A DNA stretch of 64,000 nt, taken from the NCBI GenBank assembly GCA_963664705.1, contig OY761556.1, positions 6,814,785 to 6,878,784 on the forward strand, given 5' to 3'. Numbering within the stretch: the stretch's first letter is position 1; each line of letters begins with the position of its first letter. Below the pieces are notes generated by a model. The model did not search any database and was not told the origin of the DNA. It saw only the letters and a program-made list of their open reading frames with translations. This DNA is from Acidobacteriota bacterium. GTDB taxonomy: Bacteria > Acidobacteriota > UBA6911. Shown here piece after piece: positions 8,106-17,469 of this stretch. A program made the position numbers and the translations under genes.

Positions 8106-8147
8106 CATCCGAAAATCCGGAATCTGGAATCTGGAATCTGGAATTTT
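8106..8147. repeat. 7-bp tandem array (TGGAATC x3-4), the right arm inverted relative to 6131-6164
   Basis: catccgaaaatccGGAATCTGGAATCTGGAATCTGGAATttt abuts the stop codon (8146-8148) of the minus-strand acyl-ligase gene. Confidence 0.75.
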
Positions 8148-10860
8148 ACCTGACCATTTTTTCAATGGCTTCCCTGAGTCGCAGCGTATCCTGCAGATAG
8201 GGATCTGCCGCATCATCCGTCGATGGATGGATCGGTGGGCCGAAGGTAATCCTTACTTTGTGCGGCCGTATCCGCGCGCTGTCTCGCGGCCAGACATAAT
8301 GGGTGCCCTGGATCGCTGTTGGCACAAGAGGGACTGACAGTTCTCTCGACAGTATGGCCGCGCCCTTTTTGAATTCCTGCAAAGTTTCATCGTATGACCG
8401 CCCGCCTTCGGGGAAAATGCAGAGAATGCGTCCGCTTCTCAATCCATAGGCTCCTGCTTTCATGGCGCGCAGCAGATGCGCGTCCGGATCCACAGGAATG
8501 ATATTGGTGATGCGGGCCACCAGTTTCATAAGCCGGCTGGTGAACATGGCGCTATAGCCGACGAAAAACATGCTTCGAAACACCCGGAACGGGAGGACGG
8601 AGATCAATACGAATGCATCGAGGTAGCTTTGGTGATTAGGGCAAACCAGGTAAGGGCCTTTCGGCGGCAGTTGCGAAAGCCCGCGCACCTCGAGTCTCAG
8701 AAAGGTCTTGAACAGGAGGAAATAGAATAATCGTGCCAGCAGGTATTTGAACAGCGATACGAGCAGGCCGGAGGGCTGGAACGGTGCGGTCTCTGATTTG
8801 CCGAGCGAATCTTCGGACAGGATCTTTTTCCAGCTCTGTCGATCCTGGGATCCGCCGGGCGCGATGACGCCGGCCTGGCGTTCGAGTTTTGTGATCAAAT
8901 CCCTTATCGTGAGGATGTCTGCGCCAAAATCGTCCGACAGCTGAAAATTGAGTGTCTGCTCGAGACTGGCGAGGAGTTCCACTTTCTCCATGGAGTCAAA
9001 CCCCAGATCCAGTTCCAGGTTCATGTTCGGCTCGATCTGCACATCGCGATGATAGGTCTCGCGAATGCACTGAATGACTTCCTGTCCGACTGCGGAAGTC
9101 ATCCGTTCCATGTCCTGCCGGCTGGCTGATGTCGGGGGCGGGGCGATTCCCGAGGATGAAAGCTGACCACTCTCCACCAGTTTTTTCAGTTCGAGCCGTT
9201 TGATTTTTCGGGTCGTGGTGCGCAGCAGAGGATCGCTTTGAACCTGGTAGCTCATGAGGCGTTTGTATTTCGGGAGCTGATTCGACAGTCCCGCGATCTC
9301 GTCGCGAATTGCTTCCCGTGTATTGGCAATTTTCCTGGATTTCAAATAATCAAAATTGGGGACGACGATGGCGTGAAGCCGCTCTCCGCGCTCCTGGGCG
9401 CTGGATACGCCGATTACCGCAATCTCCTGAATGCAGGGGGATTGCGTATAATGCGCCTCGAGTTCGTCCGGGTAGATGTTTTTTCCGTTGGGGAGTACGA
9501 TCACTTCCTTTTTTCGGCCAGTGACGAAAATATTTCCCTTTGCGTCGATGCGTCCCAGGTCGCCAGAGTGAAACCATCCATCCTTCATTGCTTCGTTGGT
9601 AGCCGCCTGGTTTTTGTAATACCCTCGCATGACCATCGGACCGCGTATCACAATTTCGCCAGTCCCGGTTTCGTCGGGTGAGATGATTTTTACTTCGGTC
9701 CCGGGCAGTGCCGGCCCCACCGATCCCACCATGTTATTTTCCACTCGCGTGACGGCGCATGCCCCGGTGGTTTCGGTCAATCCGTAGCCCTGAAGAATTG
9801 TGAAGCCCATGTCATGGAAGTCCTGGGCAACCCGTGGGTCGAATGCGGACCCGCCGCTGACGAAAAGGCGGAGCCTGGGGCCGAAGCTGTGGTGGATTTT
9901 GGCAAACAGGAGCCGGCCCAGGTTGATTCGGAGAAAGCGCATGCTGAATCTGTTCAGGCGCAGCATGCCTTTGTAGAGTTTGCGAACCCGTGGAGGCTGT
10001 TTCGCAAGCTCCTCTTCAATCCTGTTGTGAAACAGGTAGAAGAATTGCGGGACGGTGGCCAGAATGCTGATGCCGGCTTCCTCGAGCGCCTGGAGAATCT
10101 CGGAACGCTTCAGCGTGTCCGCGAAAACAACCTGTCCGCCGTGGTAGAGCGGTACCAGCACGTTGATCACCGAGGCCAGTACGTGTTGAAGCGGGAGCAG
10201 GCAAAGCAGCGCATCGTGTTGATCCACGCGGATGGCCCGGAAGATGGACTGCAGTTCTCCCATGATGTTGGACTGCGTCAGCATCACGCCCTTCGGATTT
10301 CCGGTTGTTCCGGAGGTGTAAATAATGGTGACCGTGTCTGCGGGCTGGACTTCCGGGAGCGCGGGAGGGGCGTTGAGCCCGGATGCCCAGTCGATGAGTC
10401 CGGCGAGTTCTGATCGAGCGTCCCGGTCTCCGGCTACGGGATCAAAGGAAATAACGCGTCGCGGAGGACGGGAATCCTTCAGCGCTTCATGGAGCTTGGC
10501 CGCAAGGGATCCGCTGACAAAGACGACATGCGTTTCCGAATCATCCAGCAGACGCCTCCACTCCGCCGGGGAGATCTGGGTGTCAAGCGGAACGGCCACC
10601 ATGCCCGACAGATAGATTCCGAGGTAGGCAATTACCCATTCCGGGCGATTTTCGGACTGGATGGCCACGCGACTGCCGAGTTTCAGATCCAGTGCCAGCA
10701 ATCCCTGTGCGACCGACAGGGCTTGCCGGTGTGCTTCCTTGTAGGAGACCGTCGGATAGCCTTGTGGAGTTTTCAGCCGGAAGGCAATTCGGTCCGGAAA
10801 CTGCAGGACGATTTTCTCAAATTGCTCGTTAAAGGTTCGTGGAGCGTCTTGTGCCTTCAA
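8146..10860 (-). CDS. tri-domain fusion: AMP-dependent acyl-CoA/ACP synthetase, then a phosphopantetheine-binding carrier domain, then a PlsC-type 1-acylglycerol-3-phosphate acyltransferase
   Basis: 904 aa. AMP-binding motif IIYTSGTTGNPKGVML; carrier-domain serine motif LDLGFDSMEKVELLASLE; acyltransferase H(x)4D motif CPNHQSYLDAFV plus FPEGGRS. Confidence 0.85.
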   Translation of the reverse strand: MKAQDAPRTFNEQFEKIVLQFPDRIAFRLKTPQGYPTVSYKEAHRQALSVAQGLLALDLKLGSRVAIQSENRPEWVIAYLGIYLSGMVAVPLDTQISPAEWRRLLDDSETHVVFVSGSLAAKLHEALKDSRPPRRVISFDPVAGDRDARSELAGLIDWASGLNAPPALPEVQPADTVTIIYTSGTTGNPKGVMLTQSNIMGELQSIFRAIRVDQHDALLCLLPLQHVLASVINVLVPLYHGGQVVFADTLKRSEILQALEEAGISILATVPQFFYLFHNRIEEELAKQPPRVRKLYKGMLRLNRFSMRFLRINLGRLLFAKIHHSFGPRLRLFVSGGSAFDPRVAQDFHDMGFTILQGYGLTETTGACAVTRVENNMVGSVGPALPGTEVKIISPDETGTGEIVIRGPMVMRGYYKNQAATNEAMKDGWFHSGDLGRIDAKGNIFVTGRKKEVIVLPNGKNIYPDELEAHYTQSPCIQEIAVIGVSSAQERGERLHAIVVPNFDYLKSRKIANTREAIRDEIAGLSNQLPKYKRLMSYQVQSDPLLRTTTRKIKRLELKKLVESGQLSSSGIAPPPTSASRQDMERMTSAVGQEVIQCIRETYHRDVQIEPNMNLELDLGFDSMEKVELLASLEQTLNFQLSDDFGADILTIRDLITKLERQAGVIAPGGSQDRQSWKKILSEDSLGKSETAPFQPSGLLVSLFKYLLARLFYFLLFKTFLRLEVRGLSQLPPKGPYLVCPNHQSYLDAFVLISVLPFRVFRSMFFVGYSAMFTSRLMKLVARITNIIPVDPDAHLLRAMKAGAYGLRSGRILCIFPEGGRSYDETLQEFKKGAAILSRELSVPLVPTAIQGTHYVWPRDSARIRPHKVRITFGPPIHPSTDDAADPYLQDTLRLREAIEKMVR

Positions 10861-10910
10861 TTGAACTCACATTTTCTGCGGAAACCTGCCACGACTCTTG
10901 TGAATTGCCG

Positions 10911-11390
10911 CTACTCGTCGAGTTCCCGCAGTTCCTTTTCGATGATGTCATCATAGCGGGACTCCGGCCCTGGCAACGGCGCGGGGGCCGCCGGCGCGGG
11001 CGCCGGGGATTTTAATTTCTTCAAAAGCAGAAAGAGGATCCACAATCCTATCGGCAGTGCCGCCCAGGGAAGAAGGTAGACAAGCGTGTTGAAACCCTTG
11101 GCTCTCGGCGTTGCGAGGATGCGTTCGCCGTAGCGCGCCACGAAGACATTCAGAATTTCATCGCGGCTCTTACCGGAGGCGACCATGCTGGCCACTTCAG
11201 TGCGAATCTGCTGGGCAACTTCCGAATCGTGCTCCGAGACGGGCTGGGACCAGCAGCACGGGGCGATCAGTTGATCTTCGATGGCTCGTACCTCATCGAC
11301 AGCCTTTGCCATGCACGGAGCCAGGGCCAGCGCGAACATGGCCAAACCCCAAAATGTGACGATTCTTGGTAGACTGGTCTGATACTTCAT
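10911..11390 (-). CDS. CcmH/CycL-like cytochrome c maturation protein (membrane-anchored)
   Basis: 159 aa with a signal/anchor, a Cys pair in LIAPCCWSQPVSEHDSEVAQQIR, then ...GKSRDEILNVFVARYGERILATP and a TM helix. This resembles the CcmH layout, but the canonical CxxC is replaced by CC. Confidence 0.5.
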   Translation of the reverse strand: MKYQTSLPRIVTFWGLAMFALALAPCMAKAVDEVRAIEDQLIAPCCWSQPVSEHDSEVAQQIRTEVASMVASGKSRDEILNVFVARYGERILATPRAKGFNTLVYLLPWAALPIGLWILFLLLKKLKSPAPAPAAPAPLPGPESRYDDIIEKELRELDE

Positions 11391-11399
11391 TGCAACGTG

Positions 11400-11909
11400 T
11401 TACTCCTTTTTCGTGAAACGCCACCTGCAATAGCCATCCCCGACCGCATCGGGCGGACAAGCGAGGCATTCGGTTTCGATCGCCGGATCGATTGTTCTCG
11501 CGAATCCGGGAAAATGGATGATGGCAACCTGTTTGCAGGGGAAGTCCTGCAGTCCTTTGCGGCGCCGGGCGAGCTGAACCCTGCATTCAACCATGTGCAG
11601 TTCCAGCGTATCCTTGGCCGTCCAGACAACGGACTGTTTGTTGGCGAGGGCATACATCCTCAATTTCAGCGCTGATTCCAGAGCGGTAAGCCCGCCATTA
11701 TCCGGCAATCCGAATGCTTCCTTGATGCGGGATGCCTCGATGGGAGCAAAGCGCTCCCAGGCCGCGGCATCCAGCTGCATAGCCGTTTCAAGATCATACT
11801 TTTCTTCTGCCGCCAGGAACCAGCAACCATCATGGGCCGACCAGTTTTTAGCGTACACTTCCAACAGCTTCAGGAGTTCCTGGCGCGACAGGTCCGAAAT
11901 TTCCAGCAT
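11400..11909 (-). CDS. hypothetical cytosolic protein with a Cys-rich C-terminus (possibly DUF6125-like; unverified)
   Basis: 169-aa ORF that is co-oriented with and 9 nt upstream of the CcmH-like gene. Motifs WSAHDGCWFLAAEE and CLACPPDAVGDGYCRW. Confidence 0.5.
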   Translation of the reverse strand: MLEISDLSRQELLKLLEVYAKNWSAHDGCWFLAAEEKYDLETAMQLDAAAWERFAPIEASRIKEAFGLPDNGGLTALESALKLRMYALANKQSVVWTAKDTLELHMVECRVQLARRRKGLQDFPCKQVAIIHFPGFARTIDPAIETECLACPPDAVGDGYCRWRFTKKE

Positions 11910-12134
11910 GTATATAACCTCACCTCTACGAGTTTACCTTGAAAAGCGGGGGGAGTCACCCCTCTGCTGCAGACCGCAGCGCCAGTGTCCCGGCTGATTG
12001 CCGCATGGGTCGGGAGAAACGATCGGACCCTTTAGGCCGGTTGACGTACTCGCGCCACAAGCCTCGAACAAAAACGATGCGCCATCCGGCGCTCCCGGCA
12101 GACGTTCAGCCTCATCCGTGTAAAGCCCCTGCGT

Positions 12135-14720
12135 CTAGCTGATGGGCCAGAGTTCATCCGGAGTTCTCAGGCGCGGTACATTGGTGGCTGCGTCCGGAGA
12201 TGAAGGCTGGCCCGGGCGCGACGTCCAGACATCGGGCGTCTTGGGCAGGACCGGTTTTGCCTGGATAGCCTCTTTCGCTTCCTTTGGATTTGACCCGCCT
12301 CCCGAACCGGCGCTGCCGCCGCTATTGATATATACCATCGTGCCCGATATGGAGACGCCGGCGGAGCCGATGTCCACGAAGTTGCCGCCCACTTTAAGAC
12401 TGATCTGAGCCCCGGCCTCCAGAATGATTTTTGTGCCGGCCTTCAGGTGAATATCTCCCGCAGACAGTGCATGACTTCCGGTGACGCTTTCCTGCTGATT
12501 GCCTTTGATGATCAGGTTCTGGTCGAGCTTGATTCTCTCATAGCGGTCTCCTTCAACGACATGGTGGCAGTCTCCCCCCACCGTTTCCCGCTTATCGCCT
12601 GTGATTGATAAATCCAGGCTTCCTGGCCCAGGATCGTAGGGATCGGCGCCGCGAACATAATTCTGCCGGCTGCCTCCGATCAGGAGTTCCATTTTTCCGG
12701 CGACATGCTCAAAGTGATCCCGCAGAGTAACGGCATGCTTGTCTCTGCAGACTGCTTCGAACTGGTCGCCCTGCATCACCTTCTTGTCCGGATCGATCAT
12801 TCCCACCACGATGTGGCGCTCGTTGCCGATCCATTCCTTGTCGTCATGCCGGATCAGGCTGTCTCTATCGCGTTGGGCGTGCCAGAAGATCTGCTCTTTG
12901 TCCTTCCGGTCGTTGAAGCGGAGTTCGTTGAATCCCTCGCCATTCTGGGTGCTGCACGTCTTGATACCGCTCACAGTCGGGTCATGAGGCAGTTCATTAT
13001 CCGGCCCATCGCCGATATAGGGCGGCATTTGTTCGTAGTTGTACACGCTCCCGATAATGATCGGGCGATCAGGGTCGCCTTCCAGGAACGCAACCACGAC
13101 CTCTTGTCCAATGCGGGGCCAGAAGTAGGCTCCCCAGCGCTTGCCGGCCCATATTTGCGCCACGCGGATCCAGCAGCTTGCATTTTCCGGATGCGGGAGC
13201 GCGTCGCGGTCCCAGTGAAACTGCACTCTCACGCGACCGTATTTATCCACCCAGATTTCTTCTTTTTGTTTGCCGACAACGGTTGCGGTCTGGAGTCCAT
13301 GAATCACCGCCCTGGCGGTCTTGCGCGGCGGGCGATAGGTCCAGCTTGCCGGGATGCAGGTGAATTTGTTTTTATACGGGCCGCCCTTCTGGGCGACCGC
13401 TTCGTTTTCTTCGCTGGATCGATAGTTGGCGGCTTGAACGATGGAATGCTCTACGGAAGTCAGGATGTAGCGCCCATTTGTCGGCTTGTGCTTGTGTTCG
13501 GTCATATCGAAATAGAATCCGGCGGAAAACGCTCCTTCCCGGGAGATACCGCTAATGATCCAATGCGGCGTTTCTTCACTCTCCATATACACGCGAACCT
13601 GCTTCTTGCCTTCCTGTTCAACCTGGTCGAGCCTTGCGGCGGGCTTGTTGCAGAATTTTGCATAGTCGCCGGGGTAGTCGTAAATCTCCAACTTGTCTTT
13701 GTCGCCTACCGTAACGCGCGTCAGTTCGGAGACCTCCAGGGTTTTGCGGGGCATTTCAAAATGTCGATCGCGCAGAGTGACGCGGCCGGGCCGGATTTGC
13801 TGCAGCACCTGAAATACCTTGACGCCGTGTTGTTCAGGCATCTTACGCTGAATGGCTTTGATAAGCTGGGTAATGATGGTTTCCAGAATAAACTGTACGC
13901 CGCCAAAGAGCCCCGTCGTGAGTGTTTTCAGTACGCCATCCTTCAGTGTGGACAGGACGTCCGTCTCCGCTTGCTTGACCGTGCTTTTGCCTTCGTTCTG
14001 GAGCAGGCCGAGCCCCTTGGTGGCGGCCTTGATAACGAGGCTGTCCTCCGGCGGCTGCCATTGTTCTCCTTCGTCTCCGAAGAATGGAGCTTTGCTGTCG
14101 ATCGGGCAGGGAGCGTGAGCCGCGGCGGCGTCGCCGAAAATCAACGTATGCTTGCCCTGTTCATGTTTGAAATAATAAAAGATGCCTTCCTCTTCCATAA
14201 GGCGGGAGACGAAGGCAAGGTCTGTTTCGCGGTATTGGACGCAATAATCGCGGGTGCGGTACTGGCCGGCGCTGGTCTTATCGTGATAGGCGACAAATCC
14301 CGGGTATTCGCTTTTCCAGAAATCGAATATACGTTTGATGATGTCGACCGCTGTCAGATCCTGAAAGATGCGGCAATTGGCGCGGTGGGACAGCAGGGCC
14401 AGCCAGGGAACCAATTCGAGGCTGTAAAAAGCGTTGTCGCTCTCATGTTTTGTTTTGCCGAAACGATCGACGATGCCGTGGAAGTATCGAATATTGCGCT
14501 TTCCCTGGTCGCTGTCATCATACAGCTCCAGTCCGACCGTGACCCCTTTGCCGATGATGTTGTTCGGGTCGATCGCCTTATTTTCGGATCGCGCATCGAT
14601 TTGAAATCGGTAGATATCCGAAATGGTTTCCACCCCGGTGAACTCGTTGATCAGCAGCACGTTTTCGCCCAGGGGCGTTTCAAGTTCGAGAATTCGGTCC
14701 TTTTGCTTTGTGTCGTACAT
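12135..14720 (-). CDS. vgrG: type VI secretion system spike protein VgrG
   Basis: 861 aa. N-terminus MYDTKQKDRILELETPLGENVLL..F.G.E.IS..Y.F is typical of Vgr proteins. It has a gp27-like then gp5-like region, a C-terminal beta-helix-like repeat region (LIIKGNQQESVTGSHALSAGDIHLKAGTKIILEAGAQISLKVGGNFVDI), and then a Gly/Ser linker and a Pro-rich tail. Confidence 0.88.
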   Translation of the reverse strand: MYDTKQKDRILELETPLGENVLLINEFTGVETISDIYRFQIDARSENKAIDPNNIIGKGVTVGLELYDDSDQGKRNIRYFHGIVDRFGKTKHESDNAFYSLELVPWLALLSHRANCRIFQDLTAVDIIKRIFDFWKSEYPGFVAYHDKTSAGQYRTRDYCVQYRETDLAFVSRLMEEEGIFYYFKHEQGKHTLIFGDAAAAHAPCPIDSKAPFFGDEGEQWQPPEDSLVIKAATKGLGLLQNEGKSTVKQAETDVLSTLKDGVLKTLTTGLFGGVQFILETIITQLIKAIQRKMPEQHGVKVFQVLQQIRPGRVTLRDRHFEMPRKTLEVSELTRVTVGDKDKLEIYDYPGDYAKFCNKPAARLDQVEQEGKKQVRVYMESEETPHWIISGISREGAFSAGFYFDMTEHKHKPTNGRYILTSVEHSIVQAANYRSSEENEAVAQKGGPYKNKFTCIPASWTYRPPRKTARAVIHGLQTATVVGKQKEEIWVDKYGRVRVQFHWDRDALPHPENASCWIRVAQIWAGKRWGAYFWPRIGQEVVVAFLEGDPDRPIIIGSVYNYEQMPPYIGDGPDNELPHDPTVSGIKTCSTQNGEGFNELRFNDRKDKEQIFWHAQRDRDSLIRHDDKEWIGNERHIVVGMIDPDKKVMQGDQFEAVCRDKHAVTLRDHFEHVAGKMELLIGGSRQNYVRGADPYDPGPGSLDLSITGDKRETVGGDCHHVVEGDRYERIKLDQNLIIKGNQQESVTGSHALSAGDIHLKAGTKIILEAGAQISLKVGGNFVDIGSAGVSISGTMVYINSGGSAGSGGGSNPKEAKEAIQAKPVLPKTPDVWTSRPGQPSSPDAATNVPRLRTPDELWPIS

Positions 14721-15056
14721 GCGCGCCGCCTTTCCACCATATAGGACTGGGATGCCGACGATTAAGACACGGACCGGTCTTCCGCATCAAGCATAAATTG
14801 GACCTTCATCCCGCTCGAATGAAAATGGTGTGCAAACCGAATCATGCCTGGTCGTTTGGATAAGGAGATCATTCTCCTCCTGGTCATTTCCTACTCCTTG
14901 TTTTATTGATTTGGCCTGTTGGAGTTTTTCTAAAATCAAAATTGTTAACTGGTTCGTATAGAAAGTGGGTTTTCGGTGAAGCGTTGGCTGTTTTATGAAG
15001 AGAAGTTGACGAACATCCTTTTGGGATCGTAGATGACCGATAAGCGGAGATCGAGA

Positions 15057-15317
15057 ATGAAACGCAACCACATCGCCCCTCTGTTGCTTCTTTTGATTGC
15101 CGTACTGTTAGCCTCCAGCATCGTTATTTCTCTTTTACGACCGGTTGGAGCACGCGCCGAAACATATCAGTACAAAGTGGAGCCGATGATCGCTCCTTCC
15201 TCCGCAAGCGAGATGGAACTCCAAATAAGGAAACATGCCGAGAAGGGATGGGAGCTTCTGGCGGTCCATTCGCCTGCCAGTCACGGAGGGCAAATTTATA
15301 TGATTTTCAAGAAATAG
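15057..15317 (+). CDS. small membrane-anchored protein (DUF4177-like C-terminus)
   Basis: ATG 15057 has GGAG upstream. It has one TM helix (IAPLLLLLIAVLLASSIVISLL) followed by YQYKVE...EKGWELLAV....G.IYMIFKK. Confidence 0.45.
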   Translation: MKRNHIAPLLLLLIAVLLASSIVISLLRPVGARAETYQYKVEPMIAPSSASEMELQIRKHAEKGWELLAVHSPASHGGQIYMIFKK

Positions 15318-15428
15318 CTCGGGCTGTCCGGTAGACAAAACGAAACGGCTGCTGGTTTTGGAGGGTAGTTCATCTATGCCGATTTGCCTTTCCAGGACAC
15401 CGTTTCAGGGGAGCTTCGTGGAAATGCT

Positions 15429-16760
15429 TCACCTGTCCACAGAAGGCCCCCACGCCGGAGCGCTATTCTTTCCTCGATTGGTGATCATGCGAATCTCAGG
15501 GGAATCCGCTCCAACCTGCATGATGTAGATCTGGCTGCTGCCGGTTCGATCTGATTCGAAAGCGATATGACGGCTATCCGGAGCCCACGAGGGATTCACA
15601 TTATTTCCGGACAAGCTGGTTAACTGACTGATTCTGCCGCTGCTCACCTCCGCGAGGTAGATGTCAAACAGTCCTGTTCTTCGAGGTTTCCAGTGAAACG
15701 CGACCCACTTGCCGTCCGGAGCCCACGATGGTGAATCGGCTTCGCCACGCTCCTTCAACAAACGCCTGACATTTGTGCCATCGGCATCGCATATGTAGAG
15801 CTGGAGAGAATCGTCTTCACGTTTGGAAGCAAATGCAATCTGTCTGCCTGAAGGAGCCCAGGTTGGAGATGTGTCATCCGCGGGATTGTTTGTGATATTT
15901 GTTTGGTCTGATCCATCCAATTTCGAAACATAGATGTCCAAACCATGCTGCGGAGTTCTCAGTGCGAACGCAATGCGGGTTCCATCGGGTGAAAAAGACG
16001 GCGTTGATGCGGTGCTATTGAAAGTTGGAAATGGAAGGCGAGCCCCGTCTACAAAGGAATAAATATTAAGCTCCCATGGATGAGAACGATCGCTTATGAA
16101 TGCAATTTTCGAATTGTCCCAAGACCAGGCCGGGAACAAGTTCATCGCGCCATTGTTGATGAACGCCCTGGGGCCATGCCCATCATAATCCATTGTGTGA
16201 ATTTCCTTTTGGGCGCCGTGCTGAGACGTGAATGCTATTTTGGTCGATGCAATGCCACGGGAGGCTCCTGCGGTGAGAATGAAAACCAACTCGTCTGCCC
16301 AGCGGTGCGCAACAGCGCGAATGTCTCCGGATATTTCACGCTCGAATCCCAAAGCATGCCGCTTCATATCCACAAGCTGAAAATGGACCGATACAGTTTC
16401 CTTATTTATCTGCTTGAGGGTTCCCGCGCTGAGATAGCTGACCTTCAAATCGCGCCACGCATCGTAGCCCACATCTCGCCAATTTCCGATGATTTGTGGC
16501 GGATAAAAGCTCCTGCCCGGAAGCGCGAAATATCCTGAAAACTTGAGGTCGTCCCATAGCACCTGATTCAGCATTTCCGAGAGCGCTGCGGACTCCGTCG
16601 TTGGCGGAAGGCTCACAATATCGGGCAGTGCAAGCACAATATCTTCTTGCGGAGTAGGTCGGATGAGCACACGCGACTCTTGACCGGGCACTATGGATAC
16701 AATGCATAGCGTTAGCAGGGAGAGGCAGGTCAGTAATCTAATCAGCATGTGGTTTCTCAC
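15429..16760 (-). CDS. TolB-like periplasmic beta-propeller protein
   Basis: 443 aa with a signal peptide and repeated WD40-like/TolB motifs PSFSPDGTRIAF, PTWAPSGRQIAF, PSWAPDGKWVAF, PSWAPDSRHIAF. Confidence 0.8.
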   Translation of the reverse strand: MRNHMLIRLLTCLSLLTLCIVSIVPGQESRVLIRPTPQEDIVLALPDIVSLPPTTESAALSEMLNQVLWDDLKFSGYFALPGRSFYPPQIIGNWRDVGYDAWRDLKVSYLSAGTLKQINKETVSVHFQLVDMKRHALGFEREISGDIRAVAHRWADELVFILTAGASRGIASTKIAFTSQHGAQKEIHTMDYDGHGPRAFINNGAMNLFPAWSWDNSKIAFISDRSHPWELNIYSFVDGARLPFPTFNSTASTPSFSPDGTRIAFALRTPQHGLDIYVSKLDGSDQTNITNNPADDTSPTWAPSGRQIAFASKREDDSLQLYICDADGTNVRRLLKERGEADSPSWAPDGKWVAFHWKPRRTGLFDIYLAEVSSGRISQLTSLSGNNVNPSWAPDSRHIAFESDRTGSSQIYIMQVGADSPEIRMITNRGKNSAPAWGPSVDR

Positions 16761-16850
16761 GAGCAGGAGCCGGATTTATTCGCGCATTATATCCTCAACA
16801 GAAAACGACAGAGCTTGCTGGCGCACAAAGCAAGTTGCTGCCGGGGCCCT

Positions 16851-17366
16851 TCAGCGCATCAGGTCGAGGGGTTGGGGAAGCGTGGCCAGGAGTTCAAGCG
16901 AGAAATCCGCGTCGATGTGGAAGAAGACCATGCGTGTAAGCCTGTCGGATCTATTCTCCCAGGCATGATTGGTTCCACGCTGAACAACCAGGTCCCCCTG
17001 CTTGAGGACAACTTCGCTGTCCTCAAGAATGAGGACGATTTCGCCCTCAATGACCACGGCATAATCGAGCGTCTTGGTACGATGCATCGCCGTACGTTTG
17101 CCGCCGTCCTTGGCAGGGTAAACATCCAGGATCCGAATAAGGTGCCCCGTGGCCGGCATGATTGTGAATGCTTTTTCGGTCGGCTCAAGGTCCGGCACAG
17201 ACGTGAGCATTGGAACCGGATTGGAGTCTCCCCACATTTCAAAGAAATCGGTGCCGATCGCCGAAACTTTCATCTCATGGTTTTGCGGAGGCAGGCCATC
17301 GGATATGACAATTGACTTTCCATTTTCGTCATGACCCGTTACCACTCGTCTGGGGAAAACTTTCAT
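16851..17366 (-). CDS. cupin-domain protein
   Basis: Start trimmed to ATG 17366, which has AAGGAG upstream. Beta-barrel cupin-like core: MHRTKTLDYAVVIEGEIVLILEDSEVVLKQGDLVVQRGTNHAWEN. Confidence 0.65.
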   Translation of the reverse strand: MKVFPRRVVTGHDENGKSIVISDGLPPQNHEMKVSAIGTDFFEMWGDSNPVPMLTSVPDLEPTEKAFTIMPATGHLIRILDVYPAKDGGKRTAMHRTKTLDYAVVIEGEIVLILEDSEVVLKQGDLVVQRGTNHAWENRSDRLTRMVFFHIDADFSLELLATLPQPLDLMR

Positions 17367-17469
17367 CGAAATCTCCTTTTTGATTTTGTTTCTTTGGCAG
17401 CTAATGCCTTGCCTGGGATTCCGCCAACGCATTTGTTGGGACTGAGCCTTGGATAGCGAAGGTCAAACT

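Noticed and set aside
6131-8147. The heptad arrays and the GC-rich repeat loci as possible CRISPR arrays
   Set aside because: The repeat unit is only 7 bp with no spacers. The MITE-like loci have no regular repeat-spacer periodicity, and no cas genes are present in the window.
12705-14744. 679-aa ORF on the plus strand covering most of the vgrG locus
   Set aside because: It is antisense to a gene with clear VgrG homology. Its translation is low-complexity (rich in L/A/V/F/R) with no motif, no RBS and no partner genes. This is a typical shadow ORF in GC-rich DNA.
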